From contig BTVV01000011.1 in NCBI GenBank assembly GCA_045863855.1, positions 27,480 through 91,479 on the forward strand: a stretch of DNA of 64,000 nt. The letters run 5' to 3'. The stretch's first letter is position 1. Each line of letters begins with the position of its first letter. The position numbers and the translations under genes were made by a program. The notes under the pieces were generated by a model. The model was given only the letters and a program-made list of their open reading frames with translations. It did no database searches and had not been told where the DNA came from. The DNA comes from Planctomycetota bacterium. Its GTDB lineage: Bacteria > Planctomycetota > SZUA-567 > H5-PLA8. This document shows, piece after piece, positions 48,421 through 57,488 of this stretch.

Positions 48421-49230
48421 CTATTCGAATCCGAGCACCTGGGCCATTGTGTACATGCCCGGTCCTTTGCGCTCCTGGATCAGCCACTTGGCGGCGCGCA
48501 GCGCGCCGCGCGCGAAGGTGTCGCGGCTGGAAGCCTTGTGCGTCAATTCGAGGCGCTCGCCGCCGATCGCGAAGTAGACGGTGTGTTCGCCCACCACGTC
48601 GCCCATACGCAGGGCGTGAATGCCGATCTCGTGCTTTGTGCGCTTGCCGGTATGCCCTTCGCGCCCATAAACGGCGTCTTTCTTGAGGTCCTGCCCGCGC
48701 GCCTGAGCGACGGCTTCGGCGAGCATCAGCGCGGTCCCGCTGGGCGCGTCCACCTTCAAGTCGTGATGCGCTTCGACGATTTCGATCTCGTAGTCCATGC
48801 CCAAGGTCTGCGCGGCCAGGGCGGCGAGTTTGACGAGCATGTTCACGCCGGTGGAATAGTTACCGACGTGGATGACCGGTACTTTCTTGGAGCAGGCGAG
48901 GATGCGGGCCTTCTGCTTTTCGTCGAGCCCCGTCGTGCCCAGCACCAGCGCCTTGCCCTGCTCGGCGGCGGCTTCGGCGTGTTCCACCGTCGGTTCCGGC
49001 GCGGTAAAGTCGATGACGACGTCGAACGCGCAGTTGGGGCAGATGCTGCGGGCGCAGATCAGGCCCAGCTTGCCCAGCCCGATCTGTTCGCCGACATCCT
49101 TGCCGATCCAGGGGTGCTTGTCGTGCTCCAGCGCGTAAACGGGCTCTAGGTCAGGATCCTCGTGCGCGAGTTGAATCAGGCGCTGGCCCATGCGTCCGCC
49201 GGCGCCGGCGATGCAAACCGTAATGGACAT
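48421..49230 (-). CDS. dapB: 4-hydroxy-tetrahydrodipicolinate reductase
   Basis: GAGGRMG, VIDFT, GTTG, EAHHDLKVDAPSGTA, VGEHTV, FARGA. Confidence 0.97.
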   Translation of the reverse strand: MSITVCIAGAGGRMGQRLIQLAHEDPDLEPVYALEHDKHPWIGKDVGEQIGLGKLGLICARSICPNCAFDVVIDFTAPEPTVEHAEAAAEQGKALVLGTTGLDEKQKARILACSKKVPVIHVGNYSTGVNMLVKLAALAAQTLGMDYEIEIVEAHHDLKVDAPSGTALMLAEAVAQARGQDLKKDAVYGREGHTGKRTKHEIGIHALRMGDVVGEHTVYFAIGGERLELTHKASSRDTFARGALRAAKWLIQERKGPGMYTMAQVLGFE

Positions 49231-49309
49231 GTCGTGAATCTCCGATTCGAAGCTGTGCGGCGTCCTGCGAATCTACGGATGGCGCGGGGCCAAGGCCAGA
49301 GAAGAAAGG

Positions 49310-51871
49310 CTACGGCTGCTTGAGCGGCCTGATCTGAACGTTGCGCAGCCGGACCCGCGTCTGCGCGGAAGCGAAGAAGGAAAGCGGTCCGAAGTCGCTG
49401 TTGGGTTCGATGGCGTGCGTCAGCACCACTTGCCCGGATACTTGAAGCGTTAACTTCCCGCCTTGGACTCTTACGGTATAGGGCAGCCAATCCTTTCCGG
49501 CGGGCAGGGGAACGTTATCGTAGCTCACGTTCGAATTGCGCACGACCGGCCGGTCCTCGAACAATGCGTAAAGCTCGATCTTTGCGGCACTGCTGTCGAT
49601 GAAAAGAATCTTGGTGTCGATTCCTCCGTCGCGCGGTGCGAACGAAATTCCGAAGGGCCCGCTCTCTTGCTTGGCTTCGAAGGACAACTCGCACTCGTTC
49701 GAGACCAAGGCCATGGGCCAGAACCACGAATACCAGTCGGTGCGATCCGCCGGACGCGGCGAGATCCACTCCTTGCCTTCGGCGGTCCAAGACGCGCCCA
49801 CGGTGTTCCAGCCGGCAAAGTATCGGACCTCCTTGTCGGTCCCGTACGTCCAGCAGTGCAGCCACGGTTCCGTCTCAGGGCGCGGGCGGGATCGTACCAC
49901 CGGCGGCAGCGCCACGGGCTGTCCGGCGAAAAAAGCCGCGCGCTGCTTCGCCACATCCTGCATCTCGGCCAGCCAGAGCGGATCGAGGCGTCCTGTCACG
50001 GCAAGCTTCGAAGGCGCGATCTGGTACGAAGCGCCCGGCCACATCAGCCGCCCGCCGCTCCACGGCCCCGCCAGCGCGACGGGCGGGTGCTCGTCCACCT
50101 GAAACGATAACCCTGGCGCACCGGCCCGGATGCGGATGCGGTGCGGCCCGCCGATGGTGCCGTAACGGTCCGGCGTGGGACTGAAGAGGCCCGCAGGCTC
50201 GCTTTGCGCCTTCTGGCCGAGGTGTTCGACGCGCAGGCGTCCGCCCATCTCCAGAATGCAGCGGCTTTCGCCGACGTGGAAGATGCGATGCCAGCGCCCG
50301 TCGTTGCCAATGGTCAGATCCGCTTCAAGTTCGGTGAAGTAAGCCGGCAGGCTCCGGTTGCGCAATTCGTACCGGTGCAGCGGCTTTTGCGGATCGAAGT
50401 ACAACTCGACACGCCCGTCCGGCAGGCGTTTGGCGTCGCAAAGAAAGACCCCGCGCAAGCTCATGCCGTGGCTGTCGAGATCCGCCAGGCGTTCTTCCAA
50501 AGGCGGCTCGAAGGCTTTCAAGGCGGCCGTTCCGGCGAAACGTTCGAGAATCTTTGCGCCCAAGGCTTTGGCCGGGCCGGTCTGCTTGGACTCAAGCAGC
50601 TTCTCGAATTCGGCCAGCTCCACCCGCGCCTGCTCTTCGAGCCAAACCGCGCGGCGTTGTTCGATCAGTTCCGCCGCCGTTTTGCGCAGCGGTTCGTCCA
50701 GTTGGTCCACCTGCCGCGACGCCGCATCGGGAGGGCCGCGCAGCGCCAGGTATGCCGCCCACTTCGAGGATGCTCCGGCGACGCCGTGGGATAGTTCTTG
50801 GATGCTCACCTGCGCCAGCTCCCTCAACGACAGCGGCTGCGGGCCGGATCCGAAATCCAGCGCCAACTCGCCGGGCTTAGGCTGGGAGACGTTCACGAAG
50901 CGGCGCTGCCCCTTGGCATTGGTGAGGATCAGGCGCTCGCCGGCCTTCGCGAGGAGCGCTTTGCGCACGGCGTATTCCAAGTCGCGCGCTTGCCGCGTCA
51001 AAACCAGGATCGCCGCACGCGGATCCTCGGGCGGCAATTCTTTAAGGCCCTCGGCTTCCAGCGTGCTAATCACGATTTCGAACGGCATGGGGCCAGTGGC
51101 CCACTCGATCACTTGGGCGGCATCCATTTTGGGGGGCGCTTCCGGCTCGGTCGGAGCGGGCGCGGCGGGCACTGGGGAATCGGGCGCCGGCTGCACAACC
51201 GGAAGCTCGGAAGCTGGGGTTGCTTTGGGCGTAATCGGTGACGGAGCCTCGGGCGCCGGCTCGGCCGGTTTTACTGGGGCAGCCTCGGCCGGCGCCTCTG
51301 GTTTGGGCGCGGGCAGAAGGGGCGGCGCCTCGGCAGGCGGCGGGTGCGTTTCTGGGGCCGCTTCGCGTGGCAAACCCGGCGCAGGTTCCGGTGGATGCGC
51401 AAGCACGACCGGCGAAGGCGCTTCTGGGGAAGAGGCGGTGCGAACCGGAGGAGCACTGTTGCCGCTGCTGAATAAGATCGCCATGGCGACCATCGCGACG
51501 ATTCCCGCGCCGCCCAGCGCGGCGTACTTTTGCGCGCTGCCGGCAGTGGCGGCAGGCGCGGCAGAGGCGCCGGCAGCCGCGGCGCGTGGAACGACTCGAG
51601 CACCGGACGACCGCTCGGACCCACGTGTCGCTCGATGGGGAGCCGGAGGCTGGATGTTCGTTTCGGAAGGCCGCCGCGCGGCAGGCGGCGCTTGCTGGCT
51701 GAGCAACTCCCGCGCGGCATCCTCGGTCAGCGGGACGGTCTCGAGGGTCATGACGCCCACGGAGCAATCGGCGCAATAGACCCCGCGCAACTTCTTGTCC
51801 TTGGCCTGGCCGGCGTTGATCTCCTGCTCGGTCAGGCGCTTTCCGCATTTCTCGCAGAAGTAAAACTTCAC
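49310..51871 (-). CDS. Single-pass membrane protein: cytoplasmic C4 Zn finger, Pro-rich stalk, helical module, C-terminal ConA/DUF1080-like domain(s)
   Basis: FCEKC...YCADC; TM ALGGAGIVAMVAMAILF; C-terminal WLPYTVRVQGGKLTLQVSG...VRLRNVQIRPL. Confidence 0.8.
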   Translation of the reverse strand: MKFYFCEKCGKRLTEQEINAGQAKDKKLRGVYCADCSVGVMTLETVPLTEDAARELLSQQAPPAARRPSETNIQPPAPHRATRGSERSSGARVVPRAAAAGASAAPAATAGSAQKYAALGGAGIVAMVAMAILFSSGNSAPPVRTASSPEAPSPVVLAHPPEPAPGLPREAAPETHPPPAEAPPLLPAPKPEAPAEAAPVKPAEPAPEAPSPITPKATPASELPVVQPAPDSPVPAAPAPTEPEAPPKMDAAQVIEWATGPMPFEIVISTLEAEGLKELPPEDPRAAILVLTRQARDLEYAVRKALLAKAGERLILTNAKGQRRFVNVSQPKPGELALDFGSGPQPLSLRELAQVSIQELSHGVAGASSKWAAYLALRGPPDAASRQVDQLDEPLRKTAAELIEQRRAVWLEEQARVELAEFEKLLESKQTGPAKALGAKILERFAGTAALKAFEPPLEERLADLDSHGMSLRGVFLCDAKRLPDGRVELYFDPQKPLHRYELRNRSLPAYFTELEADLTIGNDGRWHRIFHVGESRCILEMGGRLRVEHLGQKAQSEPAGLFSPTPDRYGTIGGPHRIRIRAGAPGLSFQVDEHPPVALAGPWSGGRLMWPGASYQIAPSKLAVTGRLDPLWLAEMQDVAKQRAAFFAGQPVALPPVVRSRPRPETEPWLHCWTYGTDKEVRYFAGWNTVGASWTAEGKEWISPRPADRTDWYSWFWPMALVSNECELSFEAKQESGPFGISFAPRDGGIDTKILFIDSSAAKIELYALFEDRPVVRNSNVSYDNVPLPAGKDWLPYTVRVQGGKLTLQVSGQVVLTHAIEPNSDFGPLSFFASAQTRVRLRNVQIRPLKQP

Positions 51872-51949
51872 GCGTGATCCCTCGCGGCATCCAACCCATT
51901 ACGCAGTATAGAGGTTAGACGCCAGCTTGGGGAGGGGTGCTGCCGCCGA

Positions 51950-53392
51950 TTAGGCGTCCCAACTGCCCGTTTCTTTGGGGTCGCCCAAGATGCGCAGGAT
52001 CTCGTTCAGGTCGTTGGCGACCGGCCGCGGGCTGTTCGCGAACGGGTTCTCGCGAATCTGGTAGCGCCCCAGTTCGTGGCGCAGATCTTCCCCATGCAGG
52101 CTGTGGTACGCGACCGTCACGTCGGGGGCCTTGAGGTGGTGCCCGGTCACGATGCAGACGGCGCGCTCGCCCTTCGAAACGATCTGTTTTTCGACGAGTT
52201 GCTTCAAGCCCGCGACGCTGGCGGCGCTGGCCGGTTCGCAGCCCAGCCCGCCGCGCCCGACGACGGCCTTCGCGTCCAGGATCGCCTGGTCGTCGGATTG
52301 CAGCACGACGCCGTTCATCCATTCCAGCGCGCGCAGGCATTTCGCCAGATTGACGGGGCGGTTGATCTCGATGGCGCTGGCCACCGTGTGCGCGTGGCGG
52401 TCCTCGGCATCCATCTGCTTGTAGAACGCGTCGATCTTGGCCCGGTCGAACTTCCCGCCGTTCCAGGTGACGCCGTGCTCGTTGACCAGCCGGTAAAACG
52501 TGTCGGCGCCCGCCGCGTTGACTACGCACAATCGCGGGACGCGGGCGATCAGTCCCAGCGCCTTGAGTTCCTGGAACGCCTTCGCGAACGCGCTGCTGTT
52601 GCCGAGGTTCCCGCCGGGCACCACGATCCAGTCCGGGACTTCCCAATTCAAGCCTTCCAGCACGCGGTACATGATCGTCTTCTGCCCTTCGAGGCGGAAG
52701 GGATTGACCGAGTTGACGAGGTAGATGCCCAAGCGCGTGCTGACGGCGCGGACTTGCTTCATCGCGTCGTCGAAGTCGCCTTGGATCTGCAGCGTCCGCG
52801 CTCCGTAATCGAGGCCCTGGGCGAGCTTGCCCAGCGCGATGCGCCCCGAGCCGACGAAGATCAGCGCTTCGATCCGTTCGCCCGCCGGCCGGTTACGTGT
52901 CGCGGCCGCGAACGCGGCGAGACTCGAGCTGGTGTTCCCGGTGCTCGCGCAGGCCGCGCGGCGCGCGCCGGTCATCCGCGCATGCGTGAACGCCGCGGTC
53001 ATGCCGTTGTCTTTAAAGCTCCCCGACGGATTGAGGCCTTCGTATTGCAAGAAGACCGTGCCTTCGGGCAAGCCGACATAGCGCGCGACCTCGCTTTCCG
53101 GGCGCAGCATCGTCTGGCCTTCGCCGATGCTGACCACGCGGTCGTCCGGCGCGAAGTTGAGCAATTCCTTGAAGCGCCAGACTCCGCTGAAATGAAGCGG
53201 GTAGCGCCGCGTCGCGTACTTGCGCTCGAAAGCCGTGAGCTTCTGCGGCACGGACTGGCGGTTCCAGTCGTAGGCGATGTCCAGCAGGCCTTGGCATTTC
53301 GGGCAGGCGGTGAGGACCTCGGTGAGACCGAACGTCGCGCCGCAGACCGGATCGATGCAGCGCTGAAAGGAGGCTTCGGGAGGCTGGCTCAT
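51950..53392 (-). CDS. thrC: Threonine synthase (with N-terminal Zn ribbon)
   Basis: [10 protein letters not shown] (PLP Lys), [42 protein letters not shown]. Confidence 0.94.
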   Translation of the reverse strand: MSQPPEASFQRCIDPVCGATFGLTEVLTACPKCQGLLDIAYDWNRQSVPQKLTAFERKYATRRYPLHFSGVWRFKELLNFAPDDRVVSIGEGQTMLRPESEVARYVGLPEGTVFLQYEGLNPSGSFKDNGMTAAFTHARMTGARRAACASTGNTSSSLAAFAAATRNRPAGERIEALIFVGSGRIALGKLAQGLDYGARTLQIQGDFDDAMKQVRAVSTRLGIYLVNSVNPFRLEGQKTIMYRVLEGLNWEVPDWIVVPGGNLGNSSAFAKAFQELKALGLIARVPRLCVVNAAGADTFYRLVNEHGVTWNGGKFDRAKIDAFYKQMDAEDRHAHTVASAIEINRPVNLAKCLRALEWMNGVVLQSDDQAILDAKAVVGRGGLGCEPASAASVAGLKQLVEKQIVSKGERAVCIVTGHHLKAPDVTVAYHSLHGEDLRHELGRYQIRENPFANSPRPVANDLNEILRILGDPKETGSWDA

Positions 53393-53445
53393 GATTAGAT
53401 TCTAGCGCGGTCCGAAATCGCGTTCGAGCTCCAAGTGCGGGCTGG

Positions 53446-54222
53446 CTAGTTATGCCGCCCCAGGACGATTTGCGCAATGCCGACCATGATGTCGTACTCG
53501 GCGTGCGCGGCGGCGGCCACGCCGAAACTGCGCGTCACGTACACCGCCGCGAAGTACACCCCCGCGAAGGTTCGCTGCAGAAAGCTGTTGATGTGAAACT
53601 CCTCCGCCCCGATGTAGTGGAACAGGCTGAAGATTACCGCGCCCAGTCCCACCGCCCACGCCGCCGCGTACGCTTTATCCAGCTTCAAGAGCTTGGTGAA
53701 AACCAGCATCAGCAACTGGAGCTGCAAGACTCGAAAGAGCAGTTCCTCGTAGACCCCCGCGCCGCAGTACAGCACCATCTGTTCCAGCGTGCCGCGAATT
53801 CCGCCGCTTTCGCCGCTCGCCATCAGGACCAACCCGGCCTCCGCGCGCGGAGCGGGCAGGCGCGCGGAGATCCAGCCCAGAAATACGAACAACACCGCCG
53901 CGAAGGCGATACTTTCCAGAAACTGAAAGCCCAGCTTCTGCGTATCCAGTTTCCAGCTTGCCCCGCTGCGCACCTGCCAGATCACGAAGCAGAGAATCAG
54001 TACGAGGCCCGAAGCGAATGCAGGTATCGAGCCCAGCGAAATCTTGTGCATCAGGCGCATAATGATCGCGTCGGCGCCGTTGATGTACGCGGTGTCCAGC
54101 CAGACCACGCCGGCTTCGTAGACGATCAGAAACGGAAGCACGAGCGCCGCGGAGTAGATCGGGCGTCGCGTTTCGGTGAGATAGCTGTTCAGGCTGCCGC
54201 TGGGCACGTTCGCGGCGCTCAC
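53446..54222 (-). CDS. CPBP (Abi/CAAX type II) intramembrane glutamic/metalloprotease
   Basis: Multiple TMs with EELLFR, FSLFH and HAEYD motifs; GTGA overlap with the upstream FHA gene. Confidence 0.88.
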   Translation of the reverse strand: MSAANVPSGSLNSYLTETRRPIYSAALVLPFLIVYEAGVVWLDTAYINGADAIIMRLMHKISLGSIPAFASGLVLILCFVIWQVRSGASWKLDTQKLGFQFLESIAFAAVLFVFLGWISARLPAPRAEAGLVLMASGESGGIRGTLEQMVLYCGAGVYEELLFRVLQLQLLMLVFTKLLKLDKAYAAAWAVGLGAVIFSLFHYIGAEEFHINSFLQRTFAGVYFAAVYVTRSFGVAAAAHAEYDIMVGIAQIVLGRHN

Positions 54223-55454
54223 GCCTTCTCGTCCCCGCCGATCTCGACGAGGTCTTCATCTTCGTCGAAGGGCGAGGCCGAACGGGGGGCCGGTTTGGGC
54301 GGCGTGGCCTTGGCCGGCGCGGGGCGCGGCGCGGGCGCCGGTGGCCGCGAAGCCTGCACCGGTGGCCGCGAAGCCTGTACCGGAGGCGCGGCGCGGCGCG
54401 GAGGCTCGGGTTCCGGCGCACCGAGTTCCTCGAATTCCTCGAAATCGTCGCCCAGCAAGTCGTCGAGATCTTTCTGCGGCACCGGGGCCGGCGGCGGGCC
54501 GCCCGCGGCCGTACGTGGATTCACCGGCGCTTGCCGGCGCGTCGAATGTCCGCCCGAAAGAATCGCCTGCTCGTCGGGCGTCAACGCCGCCTGCGCCGCC
54601 TTCTGATCGCTCAGCTTCACTTCCTCGACATGATCCAGGCCCGATAGAATCTGTGTGATGCTCTGCGCCGGACGATGCGCGCCCGAAGCCGGCGTACTGG
54701 CGCGTACCTGGTCGCCGATCGTCACCCCGCGCGCCAGGCATTCCTTGCAGATCAGCGTCCCACGGATCTCCTTGGCTTCGCCCAAGTCGAGGTCGAGGAT
54801 GGGAATGCTTCCGTTACAGACATCGCAGAAAAGCAATTGCGGGCGTTCGTCGCGGAACGGTTCAGCCGGCGCCACGGGTGCGGGCTTGCTGCCGGGTGGC
54901 GGCGGAAGCGCGCGGTTCATCTCGGCCAGCGCGGCGCGGAACTCTTCGTCCTTCAGCGCCATCGCCGCTTCGTCGGGCGAGATCGGCTGCATCTCCGCCG
55001 CGACCAGCGCTCCGGGCTGCGTGCCCATGTCCTGCAGGTTGATCGGCTGCGGCGCGGCGGCGCCGGGCATATTCAGCGGGATGGAGGCGGCGGCGTTTTC
55101 GTCCGTCGCCTGCGTTTCCGGAGCCGGCATGCCAACGCGCGTTTGGAGTTCGTCGATGTCTTCCGGCGCTTGGTACTCGATTTCGGTATCGCCGATCAGG
55201 ACACGGTCGAAGTTTTTGAGCCGGATATCGCCGGAGAGTCGCTCGCCGTTGATGTACGTCCCGTTCGTGCTGCCCATATCGACCAGATAGCAGCCGTCGG
55301 CCCGGCTGTCTATACCGCAGTGCCGCCGGGAAAGTTTCAGGTCCGGAAGCGGGAGTTCGATATCCCGGTTCCGGCCTATGGTAATCATTTTCCCAGCCGG
55401 GATTTGCAGGCTTTTGCCCGCGTACGGTCCGTTACGGAACAGCAAATGGGCCAC
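54219..55454 (-). CDS. FHA-domain protein with internal C4 Zn finger and Pro-rich disordered tail
   Basis: IGR, LSRRH, DMGSTNGT; FCDVC...ICKEC; GGAG RBS before GTG. Confidence 0.9.
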   Translation of the reverse strand: MAHLLFRNGPYAGKSLQIPAGKMITIGRNRDIELPLPDLKLSRRHCGIDSRADGCYLVDMGSTNGTYINGERLSGDIRLKNFDRVLIGDTEIEYQAPEDIDELQTRVGMPAPETQATDENAAASIPLNMPGAAAPQPINLQDMGTQPGALVAAEMQPISPDEAAMALKDEEFRAALAEMNRALPPPPGSKPAPVAPAEPFRDERPQLLFCDVCNGSIPILDLDLGEAKEIRGTLICKECLARGVTIGDQVRASTPASGAHRPAQSITQILSGLDHVEEVKLSDQKAAQAALTPDEQAILSGGHSTRRQAPVNPRTAAGGPPPAPVPQKDLDDLLGDDFEEFEELGAPEPEPPRRAAPPVQASRPPVQASRPPAPAPRPAPAKATPPKPAPRSASPFDEDEDLVEIGGDEKA

Positions 55455-55514
55455 GGCGGGTTCCGGCTCCTGGTCTAAGTCCTGCCTTGCAAAAGGCTTT
55501 TACCCCTATTGAAC

Positions 55515-55543
55515 AACGTAGTTCCGAAACAAAAGCCTGTCAA
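55515..55543 (-). promoter_or_regulatory. Putative sigma-70 promoter of the FHA-CPBP-thrC run
   Basis: On the minus strand TTGACA-N17-TACGTT. Confidence 0.55.
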
Positions 55544-55635
55544 GACACCCACCTGCACCCAATTCGGGAATCTGGAGGCCTTCGGCGGTCGCGGCGTCCG
55601 GGGCGGGAATTCCGTGCCGGGAGGCCGATCGTGAA

Positions 55636-55665
55636 TTGACCTTCTTAGTGCCGTTGGATTATAAA
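55636..55665 (+). promoter_or_regulatory. Putative sigma-70 promoter of the acidic protein gene
   Basis: TTGACC-N18-TATAAA, about 48 nt before the ATG. Confidence 0.55.
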
Positions 55666-55712
55666 CTTAGCTCGCATATTCCGACAGCCTACGGCCCGGA
55701 GCGCACCGCGCC

Positions 55713-57485
55713 ATGATCGTCTTTCGCAGCCCCAAAGATCCCAATGTCATTCTCTCGGTTTCGGACGACCAGGCCGGCGCGCTGGGCATCTGTCCCGTCA
55801 CGGGTGCGGTGCTGCGGGTGCCGCTGAAGTCGCCCAAGGTGCAAGGTGCACTGATTTGGGAAGAGCCGGCCGCCGAAAGGGAAGAAGAATCCGCTGCGGT
55901 GGCCGTGGCGGAGGCCGAACCCGAACTCGAGACCGAGCCGGTGGCCGGTTTGGAAGACGATGAAGTCGAGGCGGACGAAGAAGCGGCTGATGTGGTGGTT
56001 GAGGAAGAAGTCGAAGAAGAGGTCGAAGTCGTCGCGGCGCTGGAAGTCGATGAAGAGGAAGCCCCGGCCCTGGAAGCGGACGCCGCCGGCGAAGAGCCGG
56101 AAGCCGACGCAGAAGAGGTTGAGGAAGAAGCCGAAGCGGAGCAGGAACCGGAGGTGCTCGCGGCCGAGCCGCTGGTGGACGACGAACCGCTCGTGGATGT
56201 GGAGCCTGCCGAGGAAGAGGAAGAAGCCGAAGCGGAGCCCGAGACAGCCGAAGCGGAAGCCGACGTGGAAGTCGAGGCGCTGGAGGACGATGCCGAAGCC
56301 GTGGCCGAGGTCGCGGACGAGGAGGAGGCCGAGCCCGCCGAAGCCGAAGAAGTGGACGAGATCGAAGAAGCCGAACCCGCCGAAGCGCTGGCGGAAGAAG
56401 ACGATCCGGAGAAGGCTGAGCGCGAACGCCGCCGCCGTCTGCTCAAGAAGAAGAAGCGCAAGGAACGCCTGCGTAAGAAGCGCGAACGACTGAAAGCGCG
56501 GCGCGAAGCCGCCGGCGCGGCCGTGGCCGAAGGCGAAGAAGTCGTCGCGGACGATTTGGCCGAGGCCGAAGCCGCGGACGAAGCCGACGTTGAAGGGGAA
56601 GCGGCCGAAGTCGAAGCCGTCGATGAGGAAGCGGCCGAAGTCGAAGTGGAAGAAGAAATCGAAGTCGAGGAAGAAGCCGCCGAGGTGGCCGAGGAAGTAG
56701 AAGAGATCGAGACCGAGGCGGCGGCCGAGGTGGCCGAAGACGAAGCCAAGCCCTCCGAAGAAGAGGAAGTCGCGGAGGAAGCCGAAGAAGCCGAAGCGGC
56801 CGAGGAAGCCAGCGAGGCGGAAGTCGCCGAAGTCGCGGATATCCAAGTCGAGGCGGAACAAGACGAGGAGTTGCTCGCAGAACCCGCGGAGGCCAGCGCG
56901 GAAGCCGCCAGCGAAGAGGAAGCGTTTGCGGCGGAGGAGAGCGAAGAGAAGCCCGAAAGCGCCGAGGAGGAAGAAGCCGAACCTGCCGCGGCGGGCGCGG
57001 GGCGCCGCGGTCGGGCGGGTCGCGCGGGTGCGCGCGGCCGGACCGGATCGCGCGCCGGCGTGGCGGCGGTGGGCGGCGATCGAGCCGAACGCGCAGCCAA
57101 GCGCCGCGGACGGACGGCCCCCGATGCTGGCGCGGAGGCCGGACCCAAAAAGAGCAAGACGCTGCTCTTCGTGGTCCTGGGCGTGGTGCTGGTCGCTGGC
57201 TTCCTGGCGGCGGATATCTTCGCCTTGCACCTGACCGGCCTGCACGAAACGCTGGGCCTCGGCGGTTCCGGCCCGGCCCAGGACTCCAAGGGCGGCGCGG
57301 AGAAGACCGGCGAAGAGACGTCCGAGCCTATGGACCTGACGCAGCCTGGCGCCGATACCGAAGATTCAGCCGGCGATGCCAAGACCGGCGAAGCCGCGAC
57401 CGAAGGCGGCGACGCCGCCAAGACGGAAGAGGCCGCGCCGGCCGAACCGGCCAAGACGGAAGAGGCCGCGACCCCCGCGGAGTAA
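55713..57485 (+). CDS. Extremely acidic Glu/Ala-rich membrane protein with a central basic island
   Basis: Long ORF dominated by GAA/GAG/GCN codons; ERERRRRLLKKKKRKERLRKKRERLKARRE; TM LLFVVLGVVLVAGFLAA. Confidence 0.82.
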   Translation: MIVFRSPKDPNVILSVSDDQAGALGICPVTGAVLRVPLKSPKVQGALIWEEPAAEREEESAAVAVAEAEPELETEPVAGLEDDEVEADEEAADVVVEEEVEEEVEVVAALEVDEEEAPALEADAAGEEPEADAEEVEEEAEAEQEPEVLAAEPLVDDEPLVDVEPAEEEEEAEAEPETAEAEADVEVEALEDDAEAVAEVADEEEAEPAEAEEVDEIEEAEPAEALAEEDDPEKAERERRRRLLKKKKRKERLRKKRERLKARREAAGAAVAEGEEVVADDLAEAEAADEADVEGEAAEVEAVDEEAAEVEVEEEIEVEEEAAEVAEEVEEIETEAAAEVAEDEAKPSEEEEVAEEAEEAEAAEEASEAEVAEVADIQVEAEQDEELLAEPAEASAEAASEEEAFAAEESEEKPESAEEEEAEPAAAGAGRRGRAGRAGARGRTGSRAGVAAVGGDRAERAAKRRGRTAPDAGAEAGPKKSKTLLFVVLGVVLVAGFLAADIFALHLTGLHETLGLGGSGPAQDSKGGAEKTGEETSEPMDLTQPGADTEDSAGDAKTGEAATEGGDAAKTEEAAPAEPAKTEEAATPAE

Positions 57486-57488
57486 AGC

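Noticed and set aside
54338..54377. Direct repeat with a 21-bp period
   Set aside because: It is an in-frame duplication (PPVQASR twice) in a disordered linker, not a CRISPR array or mobile-element end.
55336..55352. TCAGGTCCGGAAG resembling the SRP RNA core
   Set aside because: It lies antisense inside the FHA coding sequence and lacks the GAAGCAGC continuation and enclosing helix.
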